This document shows positions 29,129-38,699 of a DNA stretch of 64,000 bases, piece by piece (the first letter of the stretch is position 1; each line of letters opens with the position of its first letter). The stretch comes from Escherichia phage FP43: the sequence record MN648445. The stretch is one strand, 5' to 3'. The notes beneath the pieces are model-generated. The model did not search any database, was not told where the DNA came from, and was given only the letters and a program-made list of their open reading frames with translations. Both the position numbers and the translations under genes were made by a program.

Positions 29129-29588
29129 AAACTATATCAAGGGCGATATTGTCGCCCTGTTTTCTAAAGGTAATAATATTGCTCATGGGTGCAATTGTTT
29201 TCATACAATGGGTGCCGGTGTAGCAGGTCAATTGGCAAAGGCTTATCCAAAAATTTTAGAAGCCGATAAACTTCAAACCGAATTCGGAGACGAGTCTAAA
29301 CTCGGGACTTATTCGGTTTATGAAAAATATTTTAAGACCCATAAAGCTTATTGCTTTAATCTTTATACACAGTTTGAGCCGGGACCTAATTTTGAGTACT
29401 CTGCTTTAATGAATTGTATAATAGAATTAAATGAATTCGGAAAAAATAAGATAACAAAGCCTGTAATTTATATGCCAAGAATTGGTGCAGGTATTGGTGG
29501 TGGAAACTGGGATGTCATCGAAGAGATTTTAGATACGTATTCCACTAAACTAGAAATTGTGATTGTTGATTGGGAACCATTGTTATGA
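29121..29588 (+). CDS. Hypothetical protein (weak macro-domain-like Gly motif)
   Basis: 155 aa; GCNCFHTMGAGVAGQLA and later GAGIGGGNW. Confidence 0.35.
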   Translation: MIKNYIKGDIVALFSKGNNIAHGCNCFHTMGAGVAGQLAKAYPKILEADKLQTEFGDESKLGTYSVYEKYFKTHKAYCFNLYTQFEPGPNFEYSALMNCIIELNEFGKNKITKPVIYMPRIGAGIGGGNWDVIEEILDTYSTKLEIVIVDWEPLL

Positions 29589-29797
29589 ATGTGCATTATC
29601 CTCACCCGTATGACCCAAAGAATAAAGCAGTTATTATTCGTGAATGGGAAGAAATTCGTCAGACTAAGTGTCCTATTAACACCCCTCACGATGTTGAACG
29701 TCGTTATCATGGACGCTTTATGGAATATACCTTTATTGATAAGAAAGGTCGTAAAAAGCATGTCGAAGAATATTGCATGCAGGTCAAATGGTTATGA
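29585..29797 (+). CDS. Small hypothetical protein
   Basis: 70-aa ORF from ATG 29585. Confidence 0.35.
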   Translation: MNVHYPHPYDPKNKAVIIREWEEIRQTKCPINTPHDVERRYHGRFMEYTFIDKKGRKKHVEEYCMQVKWL

Positions 29798-30000
29798 GTC
29801 AAACAAAAATTATTAAAGGCGCTAAATGCGAAAAGTGTGAATGGCCTGTAGTATTTGCTCTATGCAATGACGAAATGGCCTGTGATTTTGATTATTGGTG
29901 TTACTGTTCAAACAAAGGTTGTAGCAATCATAAAGGTGAAGGGTTTTACTCAGGATTTTACCCTTACCCAGATTTCGTTAAAGAAGGTGAACCTAAATGA
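29794..30000 (+). CDS. Small Cys-rich hypothetical protein
   Basis: 68 aa with CEKCEW...CDFDYWCYCSNKGC. Confidence 0.4.
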   Translation: MSQTKIIKGAKCEKCEWPVVFALCNDEMACDFDYWCYCSNKGCSNHKGEGFYSGFYPYPDFVKEGEPK

Positions 30001-30179
30001 AATTGACTAAAGAAGAGAAAACTAAACTGTTCGAACTTATCCATGACCTATTGGATGAGCAAGCAGCCACCAATGCGTACGATGAATATGCTCCTTTAAC
30101 AGATGAAGAATATCAAGCATTGTTGGAATCATTTGACAGGAAAGAACAAGAACTCATTGACTACGTGAATTCACTATAA
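29997..30179 (+). CDS. Small acidic hypothetical protein
   Basis: 60-aa ORF with ATGA overlap. Confidence 0.35.
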   Translation: MKLTKEEKTKLFELIHDLLDEQAATNAYDEYAPLTDEEYQALLESFDRKEQELIDYVNSL

Positions 30180-30188
30180 GGGACTCTT

Positions 30189-30770
30189 ATGGCTAGTTTA
30201 ATTTTTACCTATGCCGCTATGAACGCTGGTAAGTCTGCTTCATTACTTACTGCCGCACATAACTATAAAGAACGTGGCATGGGTGTATTAGTTCTTAAAC
30301 CGGCTATTGATACTCGTGATTCAAAAGGTGAAATAGTCTCTCGTATTGGTATTCGTCAGGATGCCAATATAATTACAAAAGACATGGATATCTTTGAATT
30401 CTATAAATGGGCTGCAGCACAAAAGGATATTCACTGCGTATTTGTTGACGAAGCTCAGTTCTTAACTACTGAAAAGGTGTATCAACTTAGTCGTATTGTT
30501 GACGTATACAATGTGCCGGTAATGGCATATGGACTACGAACAGATTTTAAAGGTAATCTATTTGAAGGTTCTCAAGCATTAATGGCTATTGCCGATAAGC
30601 TTGTTGAACTTAAAGGTGTCTGTCATTGTGGTAAAAAAGCCACGATGGTAGCTAGAGTCACGGAAGATGGACTTCCAATTACAGATGGCAGTCAAATTGA
30701 AATTGGTGATACCGATAGATATGTGTCATTATGCCGGAAGCATTGGAATGATTTGACAGGGTTGTTATAA
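30189..30770 (+). CDS. tk: Thymidine kinase
   Basis: 193 aa; P-loop AAMNAGKSASLL; C-terminal Cys cluster; T4 Tk size. Confidence 0.88.
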   Translation: MASLIFTYAAMNAGKSASLLTAAHNYKERGMGVLVLKPAIDTRDSKGEIVSRIGIRQDANIITKDMDIFEFYKWAAAQKDIHCVFVDEAQFLTTEKVYQLSRIVDVYNVPVMAYGLRTDFKGNLFEGSQALMAIADKLVELKGVCHCGKKATMVARVTEDGLPITDGSQIEIGDTDRYVSLCRKHWNDLTGLL

Positions 30771-30797
30771 ATACTAATATCTAACCAAGAGGTATAT

Positions 30798-31010
30798 ATG
30801 CAGCAATTAAACGAAAGACAACTTCGTAATCTTACTGTAACCCAATTGGATGAAATCCGAAGAGAATTAGGACATTCTATTTCTCATTTAAACGAGGATA
30901 TCCGTCAAACTGGTTCTAAAGCTGATTATACACGCAAGCGCAAGCTGGAAAAATACCTCACAGATGTTAAGGCCGTCCAAAGGCGAAAAATAAATACTGG
31001 CCAAAATTAA
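30798..31010 (+). CDS. Hypothetical protein (tk-rI interval)
   Basis: 70-aa basic ORF. Confidence 0.45.
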   Translation: MQQLNERQLRNLTVTQLDEIRRELGHSISHLNEDIRQTGSKADYTRKRKLEKYLTDVKAVQRRKINTGQN

Positions 31011-31022
31011 CAGGAGGCCTAT

Positions 31023-31325
31023 ATGGCCTTAAGAGCGATAGCTGTCATAGCGATGCTGGGGTTTTTTGCAGCAACAACTCCTATCGTTGGTACTGCACAT
31101 ATTGACCCATATTTTGATAACTTTATGGAATCAGGGATTAAAAACGTATATACTTTGTTTGAAATTCAAAATGTCGAGAATTCTGAAAAATTCTATAAGT
31201 ATATGGCAAAGCATTACAAAAATAGCCCCTGTGATGATGCATTTGAATGTCATGAACAAGGCATAAAAACTGCCAGACAATTTGCTGAGTTCATGAAAAT
31301 AAAATTAGAGCCTACATCTATCTAA
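31023..31325 (+). CDS. rI: Lysis-inhibition regulator RI
   Basis: 100 aa with signal-anchor MALRAIAVIAMLGFFA; pattern matches recalled T4 RI. Confidence 0.8.
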   Translation: MALRAIAVIAMLGFFAATTPIVGTAHIDPYFDNFMESGIKNVYTLFEIQNVENSEKFYKYMAKHYKNSPCDDAFECHEQGIKTARQFAEFMKIKLEPTSI

Positions 31326-31331
31326 TTTACT

Positions 31332-31360
31332 AGCCCCTTCCTTATGGTTGGGGCTTTTTG
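31332..31360 (+). terminator. Rho-independent terminator
   Basis: AGCCCC-loop-GGGGCT followed by TTTTT. Confidence 0.75.
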
Positions 31361-31370
31361 GCGTCTATCA

Positions 31371-31420
31371 GTTTACTTCTCCTCAGGTTGTGTTATAGTA
31401 GTCCTTACTTACTAGAGGAG
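31371..31420 (+). promoter_or_regulatory. Early promoter cassette; CTCCTC near -35 pairs with GAGGAG RBS downstream
   Basis: GTTTAC 31371..31376, TATAGT 31394..31399. Confidence 0.55.
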
Positions 31421-31426
31421 AACGTT

Positions 31427-31606
31427 ATGACACGTAAAGAAAAGATTTCTAAGTTGATGTTTTTGATTGAAGAGTACGCTAATGCGGTATCTGATTGGGA
31501 AAATGCTCATGGTTGCGAAGATGGAGACATCGACATTAACAGAGCTATGAAAAAGATGGCCGACGCCCACACTGAATTGCAAATGTATGTTAACGAGATT
31601 ATGTGA
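31427..31606 (+). CDS. Small hypothetical protein
   Basis: 59-aa ORF from ATG 31427. Confidence 0.4.
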   Translation: MTRKEKISKLMFLIEEYANAVSDWENAHGCEDGDIDINRAMKKMADAHTELQMYVNEIM

Positions 31607-31613
31607 GGATATT

Positions 31614-31820
31614 ATGCTTTACGATTATACTGGAAAATCTGAAGACGGTGTGCTTGAACTTTTACCTGAAAGCGCTGAAGATGATGATATGGTGGCAATG
31701 TTTTGTAAAAATGGTCCTGGGGATAAGGGATGGATTTATCTTCGCCAAGAAAATGACCTAATTGTTTTAGACCCAAAACAAGTTGAAGAACTTTATCAAC
31801 ATTTAAAACACAATCGGTAG
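31614..31820 (+). CDS. Small acidic hypothetical protein
   Basis: 68-aa ORF. Confidence 0.4.
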   Translation: MLYDYTGKSEDGVLELLPESAEDDDMVAMFCKNGPGDKGWIYLRQENDLIVLDPKQVEELYQHLKHNR

Positions 31821-31858
31821 TTTACATCTCGGTAGGATTATGTTATAGTAGTCCTACC
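31820..31858 (+). promoter_or_regulatory. Early promoter cassette (GGTAGGATTA / TAGTCCTACC arms)
   Basis: GTTTAC 31820..31825, TATAGT 31844..31849. Confidence 0.6.
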
Positions 31859-31877
31859 AAAACAAACGGAGAACAAA

Positions 31878-31988
31878 ATGAAACTTTTGCTTATCGCTTA
31901 TGTTGTAGTACAATACAATTATCCGATGTTTACTTATAACATGGTAAACGGCATAGTGAATCTTATTGAAACGAGTATGGTAAAATGA
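31878..31988 (+). CDS. Small hydrophobic peptide
   Basis: 36-aa ORF MKLLLIAYVVVQ... with GGAG RBS; below the ORF-track size cutoff. Confidence 0.3.
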   Translation: MKLLLIAYVVVQYNYPMFTYNMVNGIVNLIETSMVK

Positions 31989-32164
31989 CCCGTGAACAAG
32001 CTAATAAATTGATGGACCTTATCCGTGACTTGCGTGAAGCCGATACTGATTTAAATGATGTAGCTTATCACGCAGTAAATGATAGCGGAGACTTCTATGA
32101 AAAGCAAGTTGATGCTCGTCAGAACGATTTGGTGAATTTTGTTGAAACTTTAATTGGTGAATAA
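31985..32164 (+). CDS. Small hypothetical protein
   Basis: 59-aa ORF with ATGA overlap; below the ORF-track size cutoff. Confidence 0.35.
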   Translation: MTREQANKLMDLIRDLREADTDLNDVAYHAVNDSGDFYEKQVDARQNDLVNFVETLIGE

Positions 32165-32165
32165 T

Positions 32166-32702
32166 ATGAAAACTGTAATTGAAACAACTGAAATGTTCGG
32201 TGACTTGACTATCGAAAAACTCGGTAATACCTATCTTTTCACTCAAGAAGATGATAGTATTACTATTCTTCCTATGGAACTGGAAGAGATTTTATCTTAT
32301 GCTCCTTCAGGATTTAATAGCGTAACTAGTATTGGCAACGAGCTACAAGTTCATTTTTATCGCGGGGAACGTGGTGCTAATATCGAAACTGAAGATATGT
32401 GTCTTTCTATTGATAATTGGAAAACATTCGTTGATAAGGTTAAAGAATTCTTGAATTCTGAAACACCTGAAACACCCGAAAAGGCTAAACTTCAATGGGG
32501 TAAAGGACGTGGTGCTTTTATTATTAATCCGGTAGCTCTAAACTATACCACGACGTTGGATGTACGGAATTCTTATGAAGATGGTGATGTCGTAACTATT
32601 CGTCAAATTGATGATTTACGTTCACATATTACTACGTTTACCAAAGACGAAGCTGTTGCTCTTAAAGCTTATCTTGATTCTGTTATCCCGACTTTGAAAT
32701 AA
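32166..32702 (+). CDS. Hypothetical protein
   Basis: 178-aa ORF from ATG 32166. Confidence 0.45.
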   Translation: MKTVIETTEMFGDLTIEKLGNTYLFTQEDDSITILPMELEEILSYAPSGFNSVTSIGNELQVHFYRGERGANIETEDMCLSIDNWKTFVDKVKEFLNSETPETPEKAKLQWGKGRGAFIINPVALNYTTTLDVRNSYEDGDVVTIRQIDDLRSHITTFTKDEAVALKAYLDSVIPTLK

Positions 32703-32711
32703 GGAATTATT

Positions 32712-33185
32712 ATGATTATCAATGAAAACTCTTGGCACTTTAAAATTTATGCCGCGTTCAATAGTACATGGAATCGTCCGAAAACGTTGTGTGCTTATTT
32801 TTGGAAAACGTTAATCCCGGTATTGGCTGTTTCAATTATTGGATTTGCGATTTTAGCAGCAGTCACAATCATTGGCCAGGAAATTTTAACTAAATTCTTT
32901 GTTTTTAGCAGTCTATGGACATTAGTTCCAACCTCAATTGGTGTAGGCATTTTAATTGTAGCAGTCATGGCTTTTATTGCTACCGGGTTAGTAATTGGTC
33001 CGTCTTGGTTGTTAGACAAATATAACGACAGAAAATATTATAAAGAAATTGAGCTCATTGCGCAAAACCAAGAACGAATTAAAAATGGACTTGAGCCTAT
33101 TGAACGTAAGAAATCATTAATAGGTGAATACCTTAAAGCTCGTAAAGAAAAAGTCTGTCCTACTCTTGAATATAAGGCTAAATGA
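32712..33185 (+). CDS. Membrane protein
   Basis: 157 aa with about three hydrophobic helices. Confidence 0.5.
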   Translation: MIINENSWHFKIYAAFNSTWNRPKTLCAYFWKTLIPVLAVSIIGFAILAAVTIIGQEILTKFFVFSSLWTLVPTSIGVGILIVAVMAFIATGLVIGPSWLLDKYNDRKYYKEIELIAQNQERIKNGLEPIERKKSLIGEYLKARKEKVCPTLEYKAK

Positions 33186-34171
33186 TGAAAACAATTATGA
33201 AAGGCTACTTTGGTAGCCACCTTTATGGAACGTCTACTCCTGAATCTGACGTCGATTTTAAAGAAATTTATGTCCCTCATGCTCGTGATATCTTGACCGG
33301 TAACGTTAAAGAACACATGAGCAAGAACACGAATAACACATCTTCTAAGAACACAAAGGACGACGTGGACCATGAGTTATATAGTCTCAAATATTTCTTT
33401 AAACTAGCTGCAGATGGTGAAACCGTCGCATTAGATATGCTTCACACTCCACAAAGTCTAGTAGTTAAATCTGATTTGCCTGATGTATGGAAGTATATTC
33501 AAGATAACAGGTCTCGTTTCTATACCACTAACATGAAATCTTATTTAGGGTATGTCCGTAAGCAAGCTTCTAAATACGGTGTCAAGGGTTCTCGACTGGC
33601 TGTTCTTCGTCAAGCCCTTAAACGTTCTAATGAATGGGGACAATACTTTGATAATGGTGCAGTAATTCGTTTATCACATATGAAGAATGTTCTGCCTGTG
33701 GGTGAATTTGCTTCATGGGTTGAAACCGAAAACGAGAAAACAGGTAAGCAAACATTCTATAATCTGTTAGACCGTAAATTCCAAGATACGTTAACCAATA
33801 AAGAGTTCAATGCCATCCTGGTTAAACTGGAAGAGAACTACGGTGAACGTGCTCGTAAGGCAGAAGCCAACGAAGGTATTGACTGGAAAGCATTGAGTCA
33901 TGCATGTCGTGGTGGACTTCAATTATTGGAAATTTACAAAACCGGCGACCTGGTTTACCCACTTCAGGATGCTCCATTTATTCTCGATGTTAAGCTTGGT
34001 AAACATACGTTTAAAACTGTACAAGAATTCCTAGAAGATATTGTTGACCAAGTTGAACATGCGTCAGAACAAGCTGCCAAGAATGGTATGCAACAAAAAG
34101 TAGATATGAGTTTCTGGGATGATTTCCTTGAGCAAGTCTATCTCGAAAATCATAATTCTTACTATAAATAA
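33182..34171 (+). CDS. Putative nucleotidyltransferase-fold protein
   Basis: 329 aa; N-terminal GSHLYGTSTPESDVDF fits the GS...D-x-D minimal NTase motif. Confidence 0.5.
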   Translation: MMKTIMKGYFGSHLYGTSTPESDVDFKEIYVPHARDILTGNVKEHMSKNTNNTSSKNTKDDVDHELYSLKYFFKLAADGETVALDMLHTPQSLVVKSDLPDVWKYIQDNRSRFYTTNMKSYLGYVRKQASKYGVKGSRLAVLRQALKRSNEWGQYFDNGAVIRLSHMKNVLPVGEFASWVETENEKTGKQTFYNLLDRKFQDTLTNKEFNAILVKLEENYGERARKAEANEGIDWKALSHACRGGLQLLEIYKTGDLVYPLQDAPFILDVKLGKHTFKTVQEFLEDIVDQVEHASEQAAKNGMQQKVDMSFWDDFLEQVYLENHNSYYK

Positions 34172-34202
34172 GTAGATAAATAACCCTTAACTTGAGGTAA
34201 AT

Positions 34203-34463
34203 ATGAAAAAATTAGCAATTGGTTTATTCGCAGTAATGATGGCATTCTCTGTTGGTGCTACCACAGGAGCTGGTGGTGACCAGTCTTCTGGGCCTTCCAA
34301 TGGTTCGGTAAATGCATCACATTCTCAGGGTATTGAGAACATTAAATCAAGCTATATTAATAGCACAGCCGGACAAGCAACTGAAGCATGGTCAAAGGGT
34401 CGAGTAGTTACACGCTCCGTATTCTGTGATATGCCTAATTATGTTGCTAAGTGCGATAAGTAA
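34203..34463 (+). CDS. Small secreted protein
   Basis: 86 aa with signal peptide MKKLAIGLFAVMMAFSVGA; Gly/Ser-rich; followed by hairpin. Confidence 0.5.
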   Translation: MKKLAIGLFAVMMAFSVGATTGAGGDQSSGPSNGSVNASHSQGIENIKSSYINSTAGQATEAWSKGRVVTRSVFCDMPNYVAKCDK

Positions 34464-34467
34464 ATGT

Positions 34468-34487
34468 GGGGACCTTCGGGTCCCTTT
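34468..34487 (+). terminator. UUCG-tetraloop terminator hairpin
   Basis: GGGACC-TTCG-GGTCCC followed by TTT. Confidence 0.6.
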
Positions 34488-34515
34488 AGGGGGTCAAAAT
34501 ATTTTTAAAAAGTAG

Positions 34516-34552
34516 TGTACATGCTTTTAGGATATGTTATTATAGACCTATC
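34516..34552 (+). promoter_or_regulatory. Early-type promoter cassette
   Basis: TGTACA -35 variant, TATTAT -10, TAGACCTATC downstream. Confidence 0.5.
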
Positions 34553-34571
34553 AAAACAAGAGGAGAATAAA

Positions 34572-35552
34572 ATGTTCAACGTTCAAATCAAAAAAGGTAT
34601 CTATCGTAATAACGAAATCTCTGGTTCTTATGTTGCCACAAAGACCTGGTTCCCGGCAAAGCTTAATCCTGAATGTTCCCACTTAGGTGATGGTAAAATT
34701 TTCGTTATGATTGATGGTTCTGAACGTGGAGTATGGGTCTTCAAATCAGACATCGTAATGGAAGGAGTTGAGACATCACCAGTTGCAGTTGTTGAAAGCA
34801 CTGAAGATATGAAAACTCGTATCAACAAACGCTTTAAAGTAATGAACATGATGACGAATGGCATTATCGATGGCAAAATTCGTTCACTCATTATTTCAGG
34901 TGCAGCTGGTATTGGTAAGACGTATTCTCTGGATAAAGCACTTAATAATGCTAATGATAATGGTTTCATCAAATACAAAAGCATTAATGGTAAAATCTCT
35001 GGTATTGGCCTTTACGAACAACTTTGGCTCAACCGTGATGCAGACAGCGTTCTCTTAATCGACGACGTTGACGTATTCTCAGATATGGACATCCTGAACC
35101 TTCTTAAAGCAGCATTAGATACCGGTGATAAACGCAAAGTTTGTTGGAGCACTGCATCATCTTATCTTGATGATAAGGGTATCGATAAAGAATTTGAGTT
35201 TGAAGGTACTATCGTTTTCATTACAAACGTTGATATCGATAAAGAGTTAGAACGTGGTTCGAAACTTGCTCCTCACCTTCAAGCTTTAGTATCTCGTTCA
35301 GTATATCTCGATCTTGGAGTACACTCTAATGAAGAGATTATGGTTCGAGTTGAAGATGTAATATTATCTACTGACATGATGCAGAAACGTGGCTTGACTG
35401 ATGCTGAAACGTATAAAGCATTGTCCTGGATGAAGGCTAATGTATCTCGTCTTCGCAATGTATCATTACGTACGGCTCTTTATGTAGCAGATTTTATTTC
35501 AACCGATAAAGATGGTTGGGAGGAAATCTCCGAAGTAACTTTACTGAAATAA
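34572..35552 (+). CDS. P-loop ATPase (AAA-like), function unknown
   Basis: 326 aa; Walker A GAAGIGKTYS and Walker-B-like VLLIDDVD. Confidence 0.55.
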   Translation: MFNVQIKKGIYRNNEISGSYVATKTWFPAKLNPECSHLGDGKIFVMIDGSERGVWVFKSDIVMEGVETSPVAVVESTEDMKTRINKRFKVMNMMTNGIIDGKIRSLIISGAAGIGKTYSLDKALNNANDNGFIKYKSINGKISGIGLYEQLWLNRDADSVLLIDDVDVFSDMDILNLLKAALDTGDKRKVCWSTASSYLDDKGIDKEFEFEGTIVFITNVDIDKELERGSKLAPHLQALVSRSVYLDLGVHSNEEIMVRVEDVILSTDMMQKRGLTDAETYKALSWMKANVSRLRNVSLRTALYVADFISTDKDGWEEISEVTLLK

Positions 35553-35690
35553 GCTTATAGGAAGTCCTGAGGTAACAAAAGCCATAAAGATGAATAATCA
35601 TATGGCTTACCTCAAAGAAGGACACCAGGAACTTACTGAGGGCATAGAAATATTTAAAAATAATGATGTACAAATCAAAGAGGATATGTT

Positions 35691-35978
35691 ATGGATTTTA
35701 TGCAAAAAATTAAAGCCGCAGTCGAACTCTATGCTCATCGTATGGTTAGTTCTACAATGCAATATAGCGAGGAGGTTCGCCAGGACTCTTCCTTGAAAGG
35801 AAAAACTAAAGCCTTAATTACCTTAGATCGTTTGCAAAAGAATGCCATAGAGATGCTCCAGTACGACAAGGGTGTATATAAGAAAGAACAGGAAGAGAAA
35901 CTTAAATCTGAAAAATTACAAAAAATCCCGAAGTCTGTTTGGTTCAGTGGAAAAAATACCGAAAAAAGTTTCTTTTAG
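35691..35978 (+). CDS. Hypothetical protein
   Basis: 95-aa ORF with GAGGA RBS; overlaps a short upstream ORF. Confidence 0.4.
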   Translation: MDFMQKIKAAVELYAHRMVSSTMQYSEEVRQDSSLKGKTKALITLDRLQKNAIEMLQYDKGVYKKEQEEKLKSEKLQKIPKSVWFSGKNTEKSFF

Positions 35979-35980
35979 TT

Positions 35981-36020
35981 GTTTACAAGGTCTATGGTTG
36001 TGTTATTATAGACCTATCAA
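35981..36020 (+). promoter_or_regulatory. Early promoter cassette (AGGTCTAT / ATAGACCT arms)
   Basis: GTTTAC 35981..35986, TATTAT 36004..36009. Confidence 0.55.
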
Positions 36021-36036
36021 CTACTGGAGGTAAAAC

Positions 36037-36564
36037 ATGAACGCTAAAGATATTTTCAACCTGGTAAATTATAACGACGGTAAATTTAAATCTGAAGCAC
36101 AAAGCAAGTTCTTTAATGACGTTGCTTATGGTAATGAGATTACCGTGGACGGAGGTCAGATTTTCAAATCTCGCTGGAATTGGATTGTTATCATAGATTC
36201 AGTTGGAATTGTGGAAGTCTACAAAAACACTAACAAAAAACGTACATTATTCTGGTCTCGTGAAACTAACGAACAGTACAAAAAGGATAAAGCATCTCGT
36301 TTATCCAAAGTAACCCAGGAAGATATCGAGTTTATCAAGAAAAATATCGAGATGTACGAAAATTTAATCGCTGAAGACCAGGCAGTACTCGATAAGTTTG
36401 ATGAAATTAAAGCTTCTCGTGAAATCCCTGACTTCATGAAAGAAACAGTAAACGAACGATACGCTCTCACTTCAGAACGTATTGCAAACTATACAAAACA
36501 GAAAGCAGAACGTATTAGTACTCTTCGGAAATTTGAAGAACGTTTAAAGACGGTTCACGCATAA
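36037..36564 (+). CDS. Hypothetical protein
   Basis: 175-aa ORF with GGAGG RBS. Confidence 0.45.
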   Translation: MNAKDIFNLVNYNDGKFKSEAQSKFFNDVAYGNEITVDGGQIFKSRWNWIVIIDSVGIVEVYKNTNKKRTLFWSRETNEQYKKDKASRLSKVTQEDIEFIKKNIEMYENLIAEDQAVLDKFDEIKASREIPDFMKETVNERYALTSERIANYTKQKAERISTLRKFEERLKTVHA

Positions 36565-36566
36565 AC

Positions 36567-36591
36567 GCTTTACCCAAGGACGGGTTATAAT
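36567..36591 (+). promoter_or_regulatory. Middle-type promoter (MotA-box-like GCTTTA about 13 nt upstream of TATAAT)
   Basis: GCTTTA 36567..36572, TATAAT 36586..36591. Confidence 0.45.
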
Positions 36592-36626
36592 GGTTTTGAG
36601 TTCCAATTCAATCTGAGGAAATAGTT

Positions 36627-37622
36627 ATGAGCATTACATCTGATGCGGTAAAACATGAAATTAACGGTTTATGTGCTTCACAGATTAAAGTGTGGTTTAA
36701 AGACCATAACGATCGCAGAGCACTTAATTATGAGCAAATTGCTATCCAAGTTCATCAATTACTGACTAGTAAATTTGATTTTCATATGCCGTCTGAAATC
36801 TATACTAATCTGCCGCGAGCACTTATTAAAGCGTGTAAAGGTTATGGAAAATCAATGGCTGATGGAATCTTCAGCGCGCTGAATAAACTTAACGTTCTGT
36901 CGATGATTAACTCTAACAATATCCTGCGTAATCTAGGACGTACTGATTTGTTCGGTCGTGAACAGTGTAAAATGCCTTTGAAATGGATTGTTGCTCATCT
37001 TAACGAGAACCAAACACGTTTTATGGCCGTAACAGCACGTTTACAAATGGGCCTAGATCGTCAGATGAACTTTAAAACTCATCCACGTTATTCAGGTTCA
37101 ACAGACTTTTATAAATGTGAGCTTCAAAAGGTTGGTGGTAAAACTGTCTTAGTAGTTCGTGTAACGTTTGAAGGACGACGTCAAGGATATTTTGACATAA
37201 TCGGCTCTGGTCTTAAACATTGTGGATTTATCGACGAAGTTGATATCAAGCGAGACGGCATTGGATACCGTATTGGGTATGTTTGTACTCTTAAAGAAGA
37301 GATTTCAGGACCAGCTCCAGGTCTAAAAGACGTTAGATATAAAGACGAGCTCGTTGAAGAAATAAAAGAAGTTGAATATGATATCAACCAAGAAGATGCT
37401 CTTAAAGACCTTATTGATGAACTGAACCAAGATGTTATTCCTGTTCAGAAATTTGAATCAAAACATGCTGAGCAAATCAAATACTTTGAAGCTTTGATTA
37501 ACGAACTTAATGTAACTATTCAACAGACTGACGATGAAATCTCACGATTAGCAGGCTTAAACGGTAAAAATAAAACAGAACGAGCTAATCTTATTCAAGT
37601 AGTAAAACTTCTTAAGGAATGA
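36627..37622 (+). CDS. Hypothetical protein with C-terminal coiled coil (member 1 of three tandem genes of similar size)
   Basis: 331-aa ORF; C-terminal heptad-like helix. Confidence 0.5.
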   Translation: MSITSDAVKHEINGLCASQIKVWFKDHNDRRALNYEQIAIQVHQLLTSKFDFHMPSEIYTNLPRALIKACKGYGKSMADGIFSALNKLNVLSMINSNNILRNLGRTDLFGREQCKMPLKWIVAHLNENQTRFMAVTARLQMGLDRQMNFKTHPRYSGSTDFYKCELQKVGGKTVLVVRVTFEGRRQGYFDIIGSGLKHCGFIDEVDIKRDGIGYRIGYVCTLKEEISGPAPGLKDVRYKDELVEEIKEVEYDINQEDALKDLIDELNQDVIPVQKFESKHAEQIKYFEALINELNVTIQQTDDEISRLAGLNGKNKTERANLIQVVKLLKE

Positions 37623-37651
37623 TGTACAACCAAGGATGGTTGGAGTATAAT
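37623..37651 (+). promoter_or_regulatory. Early promoter cassette CAACCAAGGATGGTTGGAGTATAAT
   Basis: TGTACA -35, hairpin CAACCA-AGGA-TGGTTG in spacer, TATAAT 37646..37651; near-identical copy at 38643. Confidence 0.6.
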
Positions 37652-37677
37652 AAATTTTTCAACATGAGGAATATAAA

Positions 37678-38637
37678 ATGGCTTTTATTACACGTAGAGA
37701 ACTTATCAAAGAATTTACCTCGAACGCATATACTCCAGGACCTAATCCTATCCGTATGCCTGTAAAGACTCCTGAAGAGATTGAGGAAATCTGTTCATAT
37801 TATGGGATTACTTCTCGTATGTTTACCCAATTTGAATGCGTTACTAACACACCCGTTAAAGAGTTCATTAAAAATGGTGAGTTCAGCCGTTTATTGGCCA
37901 AACAGAAACTTCGTAATTTTTGTATTGGCGGTGAAGGTCAATATTTCGCTAAGCAGTTCCGGAATAACCTTAACAATCTGATGGCCATTGCTTCTCGTAT
38001 TCGTCCTCAAGCAATTAACATGAAACATTTGAAATATACTTACGATAAGTTAGAAATCATGGTTATCAGTGAGAACGAGTTCACTCTTACGTATAAACCT
38101 AAGAATGATAACGTTGCTCGTGTATTCCACCAAGCGTTGGAAGTTTTAGGTGATAATATCCACCAGATTAAAGCAATTTATTCTCGTGAGCTTAATATTA
38201 TCGACCCTATCAAGAATAAGGGCCATATCGCTATCCAGGCTCGTGTATCTATTAGTAAAAAGGTTCCTGCACCATGGTGGCACAAAGACTCTGAATATTA
38301 TCAAAATCTTAAAAAGGAAAATGCATTGTTTGAAGGCAATATTACAGCAACACCAGTCGGTAATGCAGAGGTTCTAGGCGCATATTCTCCAGCACAATCT
38401 GGTATGTTTAAAGGTTTGCCAAATGTGTGCAAACTGTCGACAGTAAAACTAAACGTTTCTAATGACCTTCTTCCTGCCGAAGACTACCATTATAATCAAA
38501 TCAAGGCCACTGTAGACCAACTATCCGTTGAACTTGATAAAGCACAAGCTAAGCTTCGTGATGCTCAACAGGTGGTGACCAATCTCCAGTTGCAGTACTC
38601 TAAACTTTTTAACGCAATGAATGCATTAAAATCATAA
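37678..38637 (+). CDS. Hypothetical protein with C-terminal coiled coil (member 2)
   Basis: 319-aa ORF. Confidence 0.5.
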   Translation: MAFITRRELIKEFTSNAYTPGPNPIRMPVKTPEEIEEICSYYGITSRMFTQFECVTNTPVKEFIKNGEFSRLLAKQKLRNFCIGGEGQYFAKQFRNNLNNLMAIASRIRPQAINMKHLKYTYDKLEIMVISENEFTLTYKPKNDNVARVFHQALEVLGDNIHQIKAIYSRELNIIDPIKNKGHIAIQARVSISKKVPAPWWHKDSEYYQNLKKENALFEGNITATPVGNAEVLGAYSPAQSGMFKGLPNVCKLSTVKLNVSNDLLPAEDYHYNQIKATVDQLSVELDKAQAKLRDAQQVVTNLQLQYSKLFNAMNALKS

Positions 38638-38642
38638 ATCAG

Positions 38643-38671
38643 TTTACAACCAAGGATGGTTGGAGTATAAT
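38643..38671 (+). promoter_or_regulatory. Early promoter cassette, duplicate of 37623
   Basis: GTTTAC 38643..38648, identical spacer hairpin, TATAAT 38666..38671. Confidence 0.6.
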
Positions 38672-38699
38672 GAACCTATCTTAACGAGAGGAAAATATT

